Below, piece by piece: positions 10,646 through 19,344 of a stretch of 64,000 bases of DNA. The notes under the pieces are model-generated. The model did not search any database. It saw only the letters and a program-made list of their open reading frames with translations, and was not told the origin of the DNA. Where the stretch lies: contig OZ242374.1 of NCBI GenBank assembly GCA_965209055.1, positions 5,152,001-5,216,000 of the forward strand, in the 5' to 3' direction. How positions within the stretch are numbered: the stretch's first letter is position 1; each line of letters begins with the position of its first letter. The position numbers and the translations under genes are program-made. Source of the stretch: Acidobacteriota bacterium. Lineage in GTDB: Bacteria > Acidobacteriota > UBA6911 > RPQK01 > JAJDTT01.

Positions 10646-12367
10646 ATGGCGACGGGAACCGATCTGGAAACAATCCTCAGACGGATCGACGGCCGCGGCT
10701 ACAAGGCTTACCGGGCCATCCGGGGAACCTACGATCTGGACGGGTTCCGGCTCTCGGTGGACCATGTTCAAGGGGACCCGTTTGCCGCGCCCTCCCGGAT
10801 GAGCGTGCGCGTGGAGTCAGGCCGAGCCGGCTTTCCCGATTTCCTGAGCGCCGGCCGGATTCGGCGCATCGCCTGGGCCGACTTCCTGACTCGTGCCTTT
10901 CATCGAGCCATCCGCGTCACCGCCGTCGGACGCCGGGGCACCGGACGCAGTGGCCTCTTCGAGATCGACCGCGGGCACCAGGAGGTCCTGGAAGCCAACA
11001 GTGTCGTCATCCACCGCGGATTCCTGGAGGCGCGTTTCACCACCGGCCTTCCCGCCGCCGGGCGGTCGATCCGTGGCCGCCAAGCGGCTGAGATGCTGCT
11101 TTCGGAACTCCCCCGGATCGTTCGCCGGTCCCTCTTCTACGCCCGGCTTCCCCGGGAGGAGCTCCGGCGGCAGGTCCAGGTCGTGGAAGATCAGGACGCG
11201 CTCCGCAACCAGCTCGAGGAGCGGGGACTCGTGGCCTTCGTGGCCAACGGGTCCTCCCTGCCCCGGCGAAGCGGCGTGGACGATCGCCCTCTCGTTCCCA
11301 CTCCCGCGCAACCGGTGATCGATTTCCGGTCTCCCTCGAGCCTGGAAGTCGAACTCGATAGGCCAAACGGAGGACCGGTCCGGGGAATGGGCCTGAGACC
11401 GGGCGTTACCCTTATCGTAGGAGGGGGCTTCCACGGCAAGACCACCCTGCTGAACGCGCTGGAGCGGGGGGTCTACAACCAGATTCACGGCGACGGCCGA
11501 GAGGGTGTGGTCACCATCGAGTCCGCCCTCAAGATACGGGCAGAAGATGGACGCTACGTGGAGAGGGTCGACCTGTCTCCCTTCATTCGAAATCTTCCGC
11601 TGGGCCGGGAAACGGTCAACTTCTCCACAGACAATGCGTCCGGGTCAACGTCCCAGGCGGCCGGCATCGTGGAGGCCCTGGAGATGGGTTCCCGGCTCCT
11701 GCTCATGGACGAGGACACCTCGGCCACCAACTTCATCATCCGGGATGCCCGGATGCAGGCGTTGGTGGCCAAGCCCAAAGAGCCCATCACCCCCTTCATC
11801 GACAAGGTCCGGCAAATGTACCGGGACTATGGCGTCTCGACGATACTGGTCATGGGCGGGTCCGGAGACTATTTCGACGTGGCCGACTCGGTGGTGATGA
11901 TGGACGAGTACCGTCCCCGGGATGTCGGCGGCCAGGCCCGATCCATCGTCGCGGCACAGCCCAGCCGGCGCTTGCGCGAGGGAGGCGACCGCTTCGGGCG
12001 GGTGCTCCAACGCCGTCCCCGGGCCCGCAGCTTCGACGCCAGGCGGGGAAGGCGAGCTGTCAAGATCGATGCCAGGGGATTGCGAAAACTCCACTACGGC
12101 CGCACCGACGTCGATCTGTCCGCCTTGGAGCAACTGGTGGACTCCTCGCAGACCCGGACCATCGGACTCGCCATCCACCATATGGCGACTCGCTGCTTCA
12201 CGGACGACCTGACCCTGGAGCAGGCTCTCGCCCGGCTCGTCAAAGATCTGGATGCCGGGGGTTTGGACATCCTGTCTCCGTTCAAGGTGGGCAACCTGGC
12301 CCGTCCCCGGCACTACGAGGTCGCCATGGCCCTTAACCGGATGCGGACCCTCTCGGTCCGGGCCTGA
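10646..12367 (+). CDS. ABC-class P-loop ATPase domain protein (ABC_ATPase family)
   Basis: VQGDPFAAPS, Walker A GGGFHGKT, ASGSTSQAA, Walker B LLMDEDTSATN. Confidence 0.92.
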   Translation: MATGTDLETILRRIDGRGYKAYRAIRGTYDLDGFRLSVDHVQGDPFAAPSRMSVRVESGRAGFPDFLSAGRIRRIAWADFLTRAFHRAIRVTAVGRRGTGRSGLFEIDRGHQEVLEANSVVIHRGFLEARFTTGLPAAGRSIRGRQAAEMLLSELPRIVRRSLFYARLPREELRRQVQVVEDQDALRNQLEERGLVAFVANGSSLPRRSGVDDRPLVPTPAQPVIDFRSPSSLEVELDRPNGGPVRGMGLRPGVTLIVGGGFHGKTTLLNALERGVYNQIHGDGREGVVTIESALKIRAEDGRYVERVDLSPFIRNLPLGRETVNFSTDNASGSTSQAAGIVEALEMGSRLLLMDEDTSATNFIIRDARMQALVAKPKEPITPFIDKVRQMYRDYGVSTILVMGGSGDYFDVADSVVMMDEYRPRDVGGQARSIVAAQPSRRLREGGDRFGRVLQRRPRARSFDARRGRRAVKIDARGLRKLHYGRTDVDLSALEQLVDSSQTRTIGLAIHHMATRCFTDDLTLEQALARLVKDLDAGGLDILSPFKVGNLARPRHYEVAMALNRMRTLSVRA

Positions 12368-14072
12368 TCAGAAACAGCTTGAGGCCCAATTGGATGTGCC
12401 GCGGTTCACCCGCAGAAAGGATCCGGCCGAAGGTGGGCGCAGCGGAAATAATGGCAAGTGAAATAATGGGGACAGTCTGTTTTTCCTCAAGAAGGGGACA
12501 GTCTGCTTTTTCCTGCTTTTTCCCAATTTCCTTCGCCGTTTCCAGTTCTGAGTCGTTGTTTTCATCAGGGACGTGAACCGACGCCCCATCGTGCCCGAGT
12601 CGGTTGAACCGAGTATCGTAGCCATGGCCCGAACCGCACGACACAAAAGCCCGGACGCCGCCTTCTACCACATCACCAATCGTGTCACCGGCTCGCCCGA
12701 TTGGTTCCCCTTCGAAGACCCGCAAGCCCGTCAGAAACTCCTGGACATGATTTTGTTCTACGTCAACGCCTACCGGTGCCGTCTGGCCGCATTCCAGATC
12801 ATGGGCAACCATTACCACTTCATCGTCCATTTTGAAAAACCCCGCCCCTTGTCCCGACAGGAGTTGAAGGAGAGCGCCCACAAGCTTTATGGACGAAAGA
12901 CCGAGAAAAATACCGCCGATTGGACCGACGCCGATTGGAAGACGTTCAATGAGCGTCTCTTTGACGTGTCCAAACTGATGGCGAACGTGGGCGGGTTCTA
13001 TGCCCGGTGGTACAACCGCACGTTTCGACGGCGGGGCCACTTGTGGGGTGACCGGTTCAAGAACCCGGAGCTAATGGGACTTGAAGCCGTGCAGGACGCC
13101 GTCCTTTACGTGGAACTCAATGCCGTCCGGGCCGGAATGGTCAACCGGCCCGAGCAGTGGAAGTGGGGCTCGGCCCGCTGGAGAGTCACCGGCCAGGATC
13201 AGGACCTGATTCCCCTGGAGGAACTGTTCCCGCCGGCTCCGGGAACCGATGTCTACGGCAGTTACCGGGCTCGCTTGTACTATCGAGGCGCCGTCCCCAC
13301 CCGGGACAACCAGGCGGCGATCCCCGGGTGGATTGTCCTTCAGGAGCAGCGCCGTGGCTTTACCCGCGCCGGGGCTTTTCGCCGGCGTTTGCGATTCCTG
13401 ACGGACGGAATAGCCGTCGGGCCGGCGGAGAAGGTGGCGCAGCTGCTGGAGGCCTATCGGCAGCAAGGTCGATATCGACGTCGCCGACACCCCATTCCCC
13501 AACTGGACGGAGTGCTGTATTCCCTGCGAGAGCAACGCTCAAACGCGTTTGTCACGTAGACTCGCCCGATCGCCGATCCTTCCACCGGAGCACCGAACGC
13601 CTCAAATCATGAAACTACTCAATACCCGTGGGCTCTTCCCAAATTTCTGACGGTTCAGGAGAACAGGGAAGCAGAGTTCAATAAGGATCGCGAAAAGGCG
13701 GCCCGTTCCCGATGGCACCATCAATCAAGAGCTCCGCGATCCCATCCGTAATCGCGTAGAAACGAATCTCGCGAATGCCTTTGCGGGAATCGAGACGACT
13801 GCAACAATCGGGACTGTCCCTTTGTTCCGGGGAATAGAAACTGTCCCTTTATGTTGGGAAATCGAGACCGCTCGGAAATCGAGACTGTCCCTTTAATACG
13901 CTCGGAAATCGTACGCGGAAATCGAGACTGTCCCTTTACTACGCTACGAGGTCGCCATGGCCCTTAACCGGATGCGGAACCTCTCGGTCCAGTCCTGATC
14001 AGAACAACAGCTTGAGGCCCAACTGGATGTGGCGGGGCTCTCCCGCCGAGAGGATCCGGCCGAAGGTGGGCG
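12313..14072. mobile_element. RAYT (Y1 HUH transposase) element with inverted GGGACAGTCT ends and 127/129-bp flanking direct duplication
   Basis: 12313-12439 duplicated at 13944-14072; GGGGACAGTCTG twice at 12468-12505; (G/A)ACTGTCCCTTT four times at 13811-13937; transposase in between. Confidence 0.85.
12624..13559 (+). CDS. REP-associated tyrosine transposase (RAYT, IS200-like Y1_Tnp superfamily)
   Basis: MARTAR start, YHITNR, HUH motif MGNHYHFI, GHLWGDRFK, YVELNAVRAGMV..PEQWKWGS. Confidence 0.92.
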   Translation: MARTARHKSPDAAFYHITNRVTGSPDWFPFEDPQARQKLLDMILFYVNAYRCRLAAFQIMGNHYHFIVHFEKPRPLSRQELKESAHKLYGRKTEKNTADWTDADWKTFNERLFDVSKLMANVGGFYARWYNRTFRRRGHLWGDRFKNPELMGLEAVQDAVLYVELNAVRAGMVNRPEQWKWGSARWRVTGQDQDLIPLEELFPPAPGTDVYGSYRARLYYRGAVPTRDNQAAIPGWIVLQEQRRGFTRAGAFRRRLRFLTDGIAVGPAEKVAQLLEAYRQQGRYRRRRHPIPQLDGVLYSLREQRSNAFVT

Positions 14073-17000
14073 AGCCCAGAAAGAGATCCGGGAGGTGCAG
14101 ATTGGGCCGGTTGAAGAGGTTGAAGAACTCGGCCCGGAACTGGACCGTGGCCTCCTCGGAAATCTTCGTATCCCGCACCAACGAAAGGTCCACCGTTGCG
14201 TATCCCGGTCCTTCGAGAATGTTCCTTCCCGAGTTGCCGAAACTGCCATAGCTGGGAAAAACGAAGGCCCGGGTGTCGAACCACCGATCCGGACCGGGAT
14301 TGGAGATGGTCCCGGTGGCCGTGCGATGAGGCCGGTCGTTGGCGCCGAAGCCCAGAATCGACCGTCCGGTGTTGCTGTTGTCGATCTCCGGAAGCAGGGC
14401 CACGGTGAACGGATGACCCGTCTGGAAGGTCAGGATCCCGAAGCTCTGCCAGTTGGAGAGGAGACTGGAGAGAATTCCCAGATCCCCCAGGAACGACCGG
14501 CCCCGGCCCACCGGAATCTCCCAGGAATAGCTCACCGAGAGCCGATGGGTCAGGTCGAAGTTGGACCGCGCCCGCTCCGTCCCGACGTTCGAGCTGTCCT
14601 GGGGAAAGTTGGGATCACCGGTGCTGGAAAAGAAGCTGGACGAGTCATCGATGGACTTGGCCCAACTGTAGGAGGCCAGCAGCGAAAACCCGGAACTCAA
14701 CCGGCGGTTGAACCGCGCCTGGAGCGAGTGATAGCTGGAGTTCCCGCGCGACTCCAGCATGTTGATGTCATCGAACTGCGGGATCGGCCGGCGATAGCGC
14801 CCCACGGGACTGGGATTCGGCTGGTTGAAGTCGCGCGCCGTCAGGAGCTTGGCCCCCTTGGACCCCACGTAGCCCACCTCGATCATCTGCCGGGTTCCCA
14901 GCTCCCGCTGCAGATTCAGGTTCCAGTGCTGGCTGTAGGCCTGGGCCAGGTCCCGCTGGTAAAAGAGGACCGACGGGGGGATTCGATAAGGGTAGTTTTG
15001 AGGAAAGGGATCATACAGCGTCAACAGCCGTTCGGGCAGCGGGAAGTAGAGGCGGAAATCGAAATACGGCGGATTGAAGTAAAGGCCTTCGCCAGGCGCC
15101 AGGGGCGATTGGTCGTAGAAAACCCCGTACCCCGTCCGGAGCACCAGGCGTCCGCCCCGGTCCAGTCCCCAGGCCAGTCCGATCCGGGGAGCCCAGTTGT
15201 TCCGGTCGGGCAGATACCCGCCCCGGGGCACGCCGCCGCTTCCGACGCCGACCAGCGTTCCGCTCTCCGGATCGTAGACGTTGGCCCGATCGTCCTTGTC
15301 GACGGGCGGTGAGTTGTACTCATAGCGCACGCCCAGAGCCAGCGTCAGGTTGGGCCTCAACTTGAAATGGTCCTGAATGAAGAAGCTGTAGCTTCGGTTG
15401 CGAAGGTGCTGGGGATTGTCGAGCCGCGCCACGCCCGTCAGCGAGGGCAGTCCCAGGAGCAGATCGGCCAAGCCGTTTTCCGTGATTCCGGTCTGGCCCA
15501 CGAAGTTGAGAAAGCCGCGGGACTGGACGTCCCGGTAGGCGTCCTGCCGGACGATCCGGACATCCCCGCCCACTTGCCAGAGATGTTTGCCGCTGGCGTA
15601 GGTGGAATGGTTCAGAATCTGAAAGGTGTCCGACGCGCTGTGCTGAGGGTTGTTGTATTCGTCCCCCAAAGACGAAAACCCGGAGACGGTGATGAGACTC
15701 ATCCCCAGATCGCGGGGACGGTCGGAGAGATCGGGCAAACCCAATTCGGAGTTGATGCTCCGGCCCATGTTCTCGTGGAAAGCGCCGGCTGCAACCCGGT
15801 TGAAGGCGAAACGCACCTGATTCAGGAAGCGGGAGGTGAAGGCATGCGATTCGCTGACGACCAGATTCTGGGCGCGCCTGGGGACGTTGGTTCCGTATCC
15901 GGGCACGGCTGAGAAGAGGGGCCCGGAAAAGGGATCGAAGAGGTCCCGGTCGCCGAAACTGTAGCGAATTGCCAGGTTCGAGGACGAACTCGCGGCGTGA
16001 TCGATCCTCACGTCGAAATGGTCGTCCCGATCCTCCAGGGTGGGCGAAGAGACGAAGTTGGGACCCTCCCCCGAGCGGTTGGGGTCGGGATAGAGCTGAG
16101 CGATGGCGCGGCCCGTGGGATGCATCCAGAAGGTGGGGATCGCGTTTCCGGGAAACGGCTGGCGGGTCAACGGATTCACGGGCAACGGACCTGAGGAGCC
16201 GGAAAAATCGCCCGAACGCTCGGCGAGAGTGGGGACCGTGGTGCCCCGGGTGACTCCCTGCCGAACCCGCCGTCCTTCGTAGTCGGCAAAGAAGAACGTC
16301 CGGTTCCGGACCACGGGCCCTCCCAGCGAGAACCCGAACTGGCTTCTCCGATACTCCGGGTCCGGCCCCTGAGGCAATGAGAAGTAGTTCCGGGCATCCA
16401 GAGCCGCGTTCCGGAAGAAACCGTAGACGGTTCCATGGAACCGGTTGCCGCCCGACTTGGTCACGACATTGATCTGACTGCCCACGTTTCGTCCGAACGA
16501 GGCGTCGTAGGTGCCCATGAGCACTTCGAACTCCCGGATAGCGTCGACGGGAGGGTTGACGCCGACCCCGTTGAGCTTGGGGTCTCCGTTGTAGACGCCG
16601 TCCAACAGAAAACTGTTGGACGCCTCGCGCTGCCCGTTGATGTTCAACGCGAAGTCGCCGCGGACCGAACCGGCCGATCCGGGCGCGGCGGGTGCGCTCC
16701 CCGGGAGCAGCAGGCTCAACTCGAAGAAGTTCCTCCCATCCAGTGGGAGGCCCGCGACCTGTGAGTTCTCGATGACGCTTCCCAACGCCAATGAGTCCCG
16801 CTTGAGCCACCCGCGGCTCTCCACGACCAATACCTCCTCGGTCAGTTCGCCCGGCTGCAGCGTTACTCGAAGCTCCAACCGCTCGTTGACCCGCAGGGAG
16901 AACTTCTCCACATGCTTCCGGTAGCCGGCGTGGGCGATCTCCAGACGGTAGGTTCCGGACGTAAGAAGCGGGATCAGCAGGTGGCCGTCCCGGTCGGCGA

Positions 17001-17193
17001 CTCCGGTTCGCCGGCGGTTTGTTTCCTCTTGGACCACCTCGGCAGCGGCTCCCTCCACAGGACCGGTTCCGTCCCCGATCAGCAGCCTCAGCGAGCCTTC
17101 AACGGTCTGGCCGTGAAGCGTACCCCCGGCGCAGAGCAGGAGAATCAGGATCAACTCGGTTCGATGTTTCAGTCCCAATGGCATGGATTCCAT
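13999..17193 (-). CDS. Oar-like TonB-dependent receptor with carboxypeptidase-regulatory-like N-terminal domain
   Basis: Signal peptide, LPLDGRNFFEL, INVVTKSGGNRFHG, NNWAPRIG, C-terminal Phe. Confidence 0.93.
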   Translation of the reverse strand: MESMPLGLKHRTELILILLLCAGGTLHGQTVEGSLRLLIGDGTGPVEGAAAEVVQEETNRRRTGVADRDGHLLIPLLTSGTYRLEIAHAGYRKHVEKFSLRVNERLELRVTLQPGELTEEVLVVESRGWLKRDSLALGSVIENSQVAGLPLDGRNFFELSLLLPGSAPAAPGSAGSVRGDFALNINGQREASNSFLLDGVYNGDPKLNGVGVNPPVDAIREFEVLMGTYDASFGRNVGSQINVVTKSGGNRFHGTVYGFFRNAALDARNYFSLPQGPDPEYRRSQFGFSLGGPVVRNRTFFFADYEGRRVRQGVTRGTTVPTLAERSGDFSGSSGPLPVNPLTRQPFPGNAIPTFWMHPTGRAIAQLYPDPNRSGEGPNFVSSPTLEDRDDHFDVRIDHAASSSSNLAIRYSFGDRDLFDPFSGPLFSAVPGYGTNVPRRAQNLVVSESHAFTSRFLNQVRFAFNRVAAGAFHENMGRSINSELGLPDLSDRPRDLGMSLITVSGFSSLGDEYNNPQHSASDTFQILNHSTYASGKHLWQVGGDVRIVRQDAYRDVQSRGFLNFVGQTGITENGLADLLLGLPSLTGVARLDNPQHLRNRSYSFFIQDHFKLRPNLTLALGVRYEYNSPPVDKDDRANVYDPESGTLVGVGSGGVPRGGYLPDRNNWAPRIGLAWGLDRGGRLVLRTGYGVFYDQSPLAPGEGLYFNPPYFDFRLYFPLPERLLTLYDPFPQNYPYRIPPSVLFYQRDLAQAYSQHWNLNLQRELGTRQMIEVGYVGSKGAKLLTARDFNQPNPSPVGRYRRPIPQFDDINMLESRGNSSYHSLQARFNRRLSSGFSLLASYSWAKSIDDSSSFFSSTGDPNFPQDSSNVGTERARSNFDLTHRLSVSYSWEIPVGRGRSFLGDLGILSSLLSNWQSFGILTFQTGHPFTVALLPEIDNSNTGRSILGFGANDRPHRTATGTISNPGPDRWFDTRAFVFPSYGSFGNSGRNILEGPGYATVDLSLVRDTKISEEATVQFRAEFFNLFNRPNLHLPDLFLGSPTFGRILSAGEPRHIQLGLKLLF

Positions 17194-17328
17194 CCAACGT
17201 TCGGGTAGCCGGTCGAGGCGGGCTCATGTTACCAGCCCGTCCCCGAAGTCTCCACGCGGAAACGAATTGCGCCCACCGGAATTTCCACATCTTGCAGCGG
17301 GGACCGGCCCCGGCGTAATCTTCTTCCC

Positions 17329-19344
17329 ATGAGGGTCGTGTACATCACGGCGGGCGCAGGCGGCAGATACTGCGGGGCCTGCTTTCGGGACAACACCCTG
17401 GCCTCCGACCTCCTGGCCCGGGGACACGACGTCGAGTTGGTTCCCCTCTACACTCCGACCGTCACCGACGAACCCAACGTGAGTCTTGGGACCACCTTCT
17501 TCGGCGGCGTCAACGTCTACCTGCAGCAGCGTTTTTCCTTCTTCCGTTCGACTCCCTGGTTTCTGGATCGGTTCCTGGACTCCTCCTGGCTGCTGAACTC
17601 GGCCGGCCGCTGGGGAACCCGGACCGACCCCGGCGAACTGGGGGAGACCACAGTCTCGGTCCTCAGGGGAGAATCGGGTTTCCAGCGCAAGGAGCTGGAG
17701 AAGCTGTTGAGTTGGCTCCGAAGCCGCCGCCGTCCGGACATGGTCCACCTGGGGAACAGTCTGCTCAGCGGACTGGCTCCCGCCTTGAAAAAGGCCCTGT
17801 CCTGCCCCGTCTGCTGCACCCTCCAGGGCGAGGACCTGTTCCTGAAGGCGTTGAACGAACCCTACCGGGCCCAGGCCCAGGAGAGGATCCGGGCCAATGC
17901 CGAGTTCATCGATCAGTTCCACGCCGTGAGCCGCTACCACGCCCGAGCGATGCGGGACTACCTGGAACTCCCCGGCTCCAAGGTCGGCGTAATCCGTTCG
18001 GGAATCCACGTCGACGACTTTCAGCCGCGCGACTCCTCGCCGTCCCGTCCCTTCACCGTGGGATACCTGGCCCGGATCGCGCCCGAGAAGGGGTTGCACC
18101 TCCTCTGTGAAGCGTATCGCGGCGTCGCCCGCAAGTCGGGTCCGGGCAACACGCGCCTGCTGGTGGCGGGTGATCCGTCCACCGATCATTCCGGCTATCT
18201 GCAAGGGATCAGGAAGAAGATGCGCCGGTGGGGCCTGGAGGACAGCTTCCAGTACCGGGGCAGCCTGAGTCGTGCGGAGAAGATCCGGTTCCTGCAGGAA
18301 TTGGACGTTCTCTCGGTGCCCGCCTGCTACGACGAACCCAGGGGACTCTACACGCTGGAGGCCCAGGCCTGCGGCATTCCCGTGGTCCAGCCGAGGCGCG
18401 GGGTCTTCCCGGAGATCGTCGCGGCCACCGGCGGCGGCCTGCTGGTGGAGCCGGACGACTCCGCCGACCTGGCTCGCGGGATTCTGGATCTCCAACGCGA
18501 TCCGGAACGGACAGCCGAGTTGGGCCGGCGCGGGCGGGAAGGAGTTCGGGCGCACTACGACGCGCGTCAAATGGCGGCCGCCACGCTGCAGTCCTACGAG
18601 CGCCTGACCAGTCCCTCCAAACCCGGACGCATGCCCGCCGGGAGCGGCAGCTCTCCCCGGGGACCGGGCGGCCTGCAGGTCCGGCAGCTGAGCAAGGACT
18701 ACGCCACGCCCCGGGGCACCCTTCCGGTGCTGTCAGGAGTTTCATTGTCCCTCTCCCGGGGAGACGCGGTTTCGATCGTGGGACCCTCCGGTAGCGGCAA
18801 GAGCACGCTGCTTTACATCCTGGGAGCTCTGGAGCCGCCCACGGCCGGCACCGTCCGGCTGGAGGGGCAGAATCCGTTCGAATTGGAGCCGGGAGAACTG
18901 GCCCAATTCAGGAACCGGCAGGTGGGCTTCGTCTTCCAGGATCACTGCCTCCTGCCCCAATGCTCCGTCCTGGAAAACGTCCTGATACCGACCCTGGTCA
19001 CCCGTGCCCGGTCCAACGGCGGGGATCAGGTGCGCAAGGCCCGCGGCCTGCTGGAACGGGTGGGTCTCGGCGGTCGCCTCGATCACCGGCCCTGGGAACT
19101 CTCGGGCGGGGAGAAACAGCGCGCGGCCCTGGCCCGGGCCTTGATCCTGGATCCTTTTCTGCTGCTCTGCGATGAGCCCACGGGCAACCTGGACCGCCGG
19201 TCGGCGGAAACCGTCAGCGACCTCCTGTTGGAGTTGCACGGGCGCCGGCGCACGATTCTCATGGTGGTCACCCACAACCTGGAGCTGGCGGCGCGGTTTC
19301 CCAACCGTTATGAGCTCCGCGAATGCCGGCTCCACCCGCGATGA
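17329..19344 (+). CDS. GT4 glycosyltransferase fused to a LolD/MacB-type ABC ATPase
   Basis: GYLARIAPEKG and EPRGLYTLEAQACG (GT4); then GPSGSGKS, LSGGEKQR, LLCDEPTGNLD, VVTHN. Confidence 0.88.
   Translation: MRVVYITAGAGGRYCGACFRDNTLASDLLARGHDVELVPLYTPTVTDEPNVSLGTTFFGGVNVYLQQRFSFFRSTPWFLDRFLDSSWLLNSAGRWGTRTDPGELGETTVSVLRGESGFQRKELEKLLSWLRSRRRPDMVHLGNSLLSGLAPALKKALSCPVCCTLQGEDLFLKALNEPYRAQAQERIRANAEFIDQFHAVSRYHARAMRDYLELPGSKVGVIRSGIHVDDFQPRDSSPSRPFTVGYLARIAPEKGLHLLCEAYRGVARKSGPGNTRLLVAGDPSTDHSGYLQGIRKKMRRWGLEDSFQYRGSLSRAEKIRFLQELDVLSVPACYDEPRGLYTLEAQACGIPVVQPRRGVFPEIVAATGGGLLVEPDDSADLARGILDLQRDPERTAELGRRGREGVRAHYDARQMAAATLQSYERLTSPSKPGRMPAGSGSSPRGPGGLQVRQLSKDYATPRGTLPVLSGVSLSLSRGDAVSIVGPSGSGKSTLLYILGALEPPTAGTVRLEGQNPFELEPGELAQFRNRQVGFVFQDHCLLPQCSVLENVLIPTLVTRARSNGGDQVRKARGLLERVGLGGRLDHRPWELSGGEKQRAALARALILDPFLLLCDEPTGNLDRRSAETVSDLLLELHGRRRTILMVVTHNLELAARFPNRYELRECRLHPR

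Noticed and set aside
13800-13943. Possible CRISPR array (also 357-460)
   Set aside because: Repeats are only about 10-20 bp, irregularly spaced, without unique constant-length spacers, and no cas genes are present
12313-14072. Diversity-generating retroelement TR/VR pair
   Set aside because: No reverse transcriptase in the window, and the mismatches are not adenine-specific
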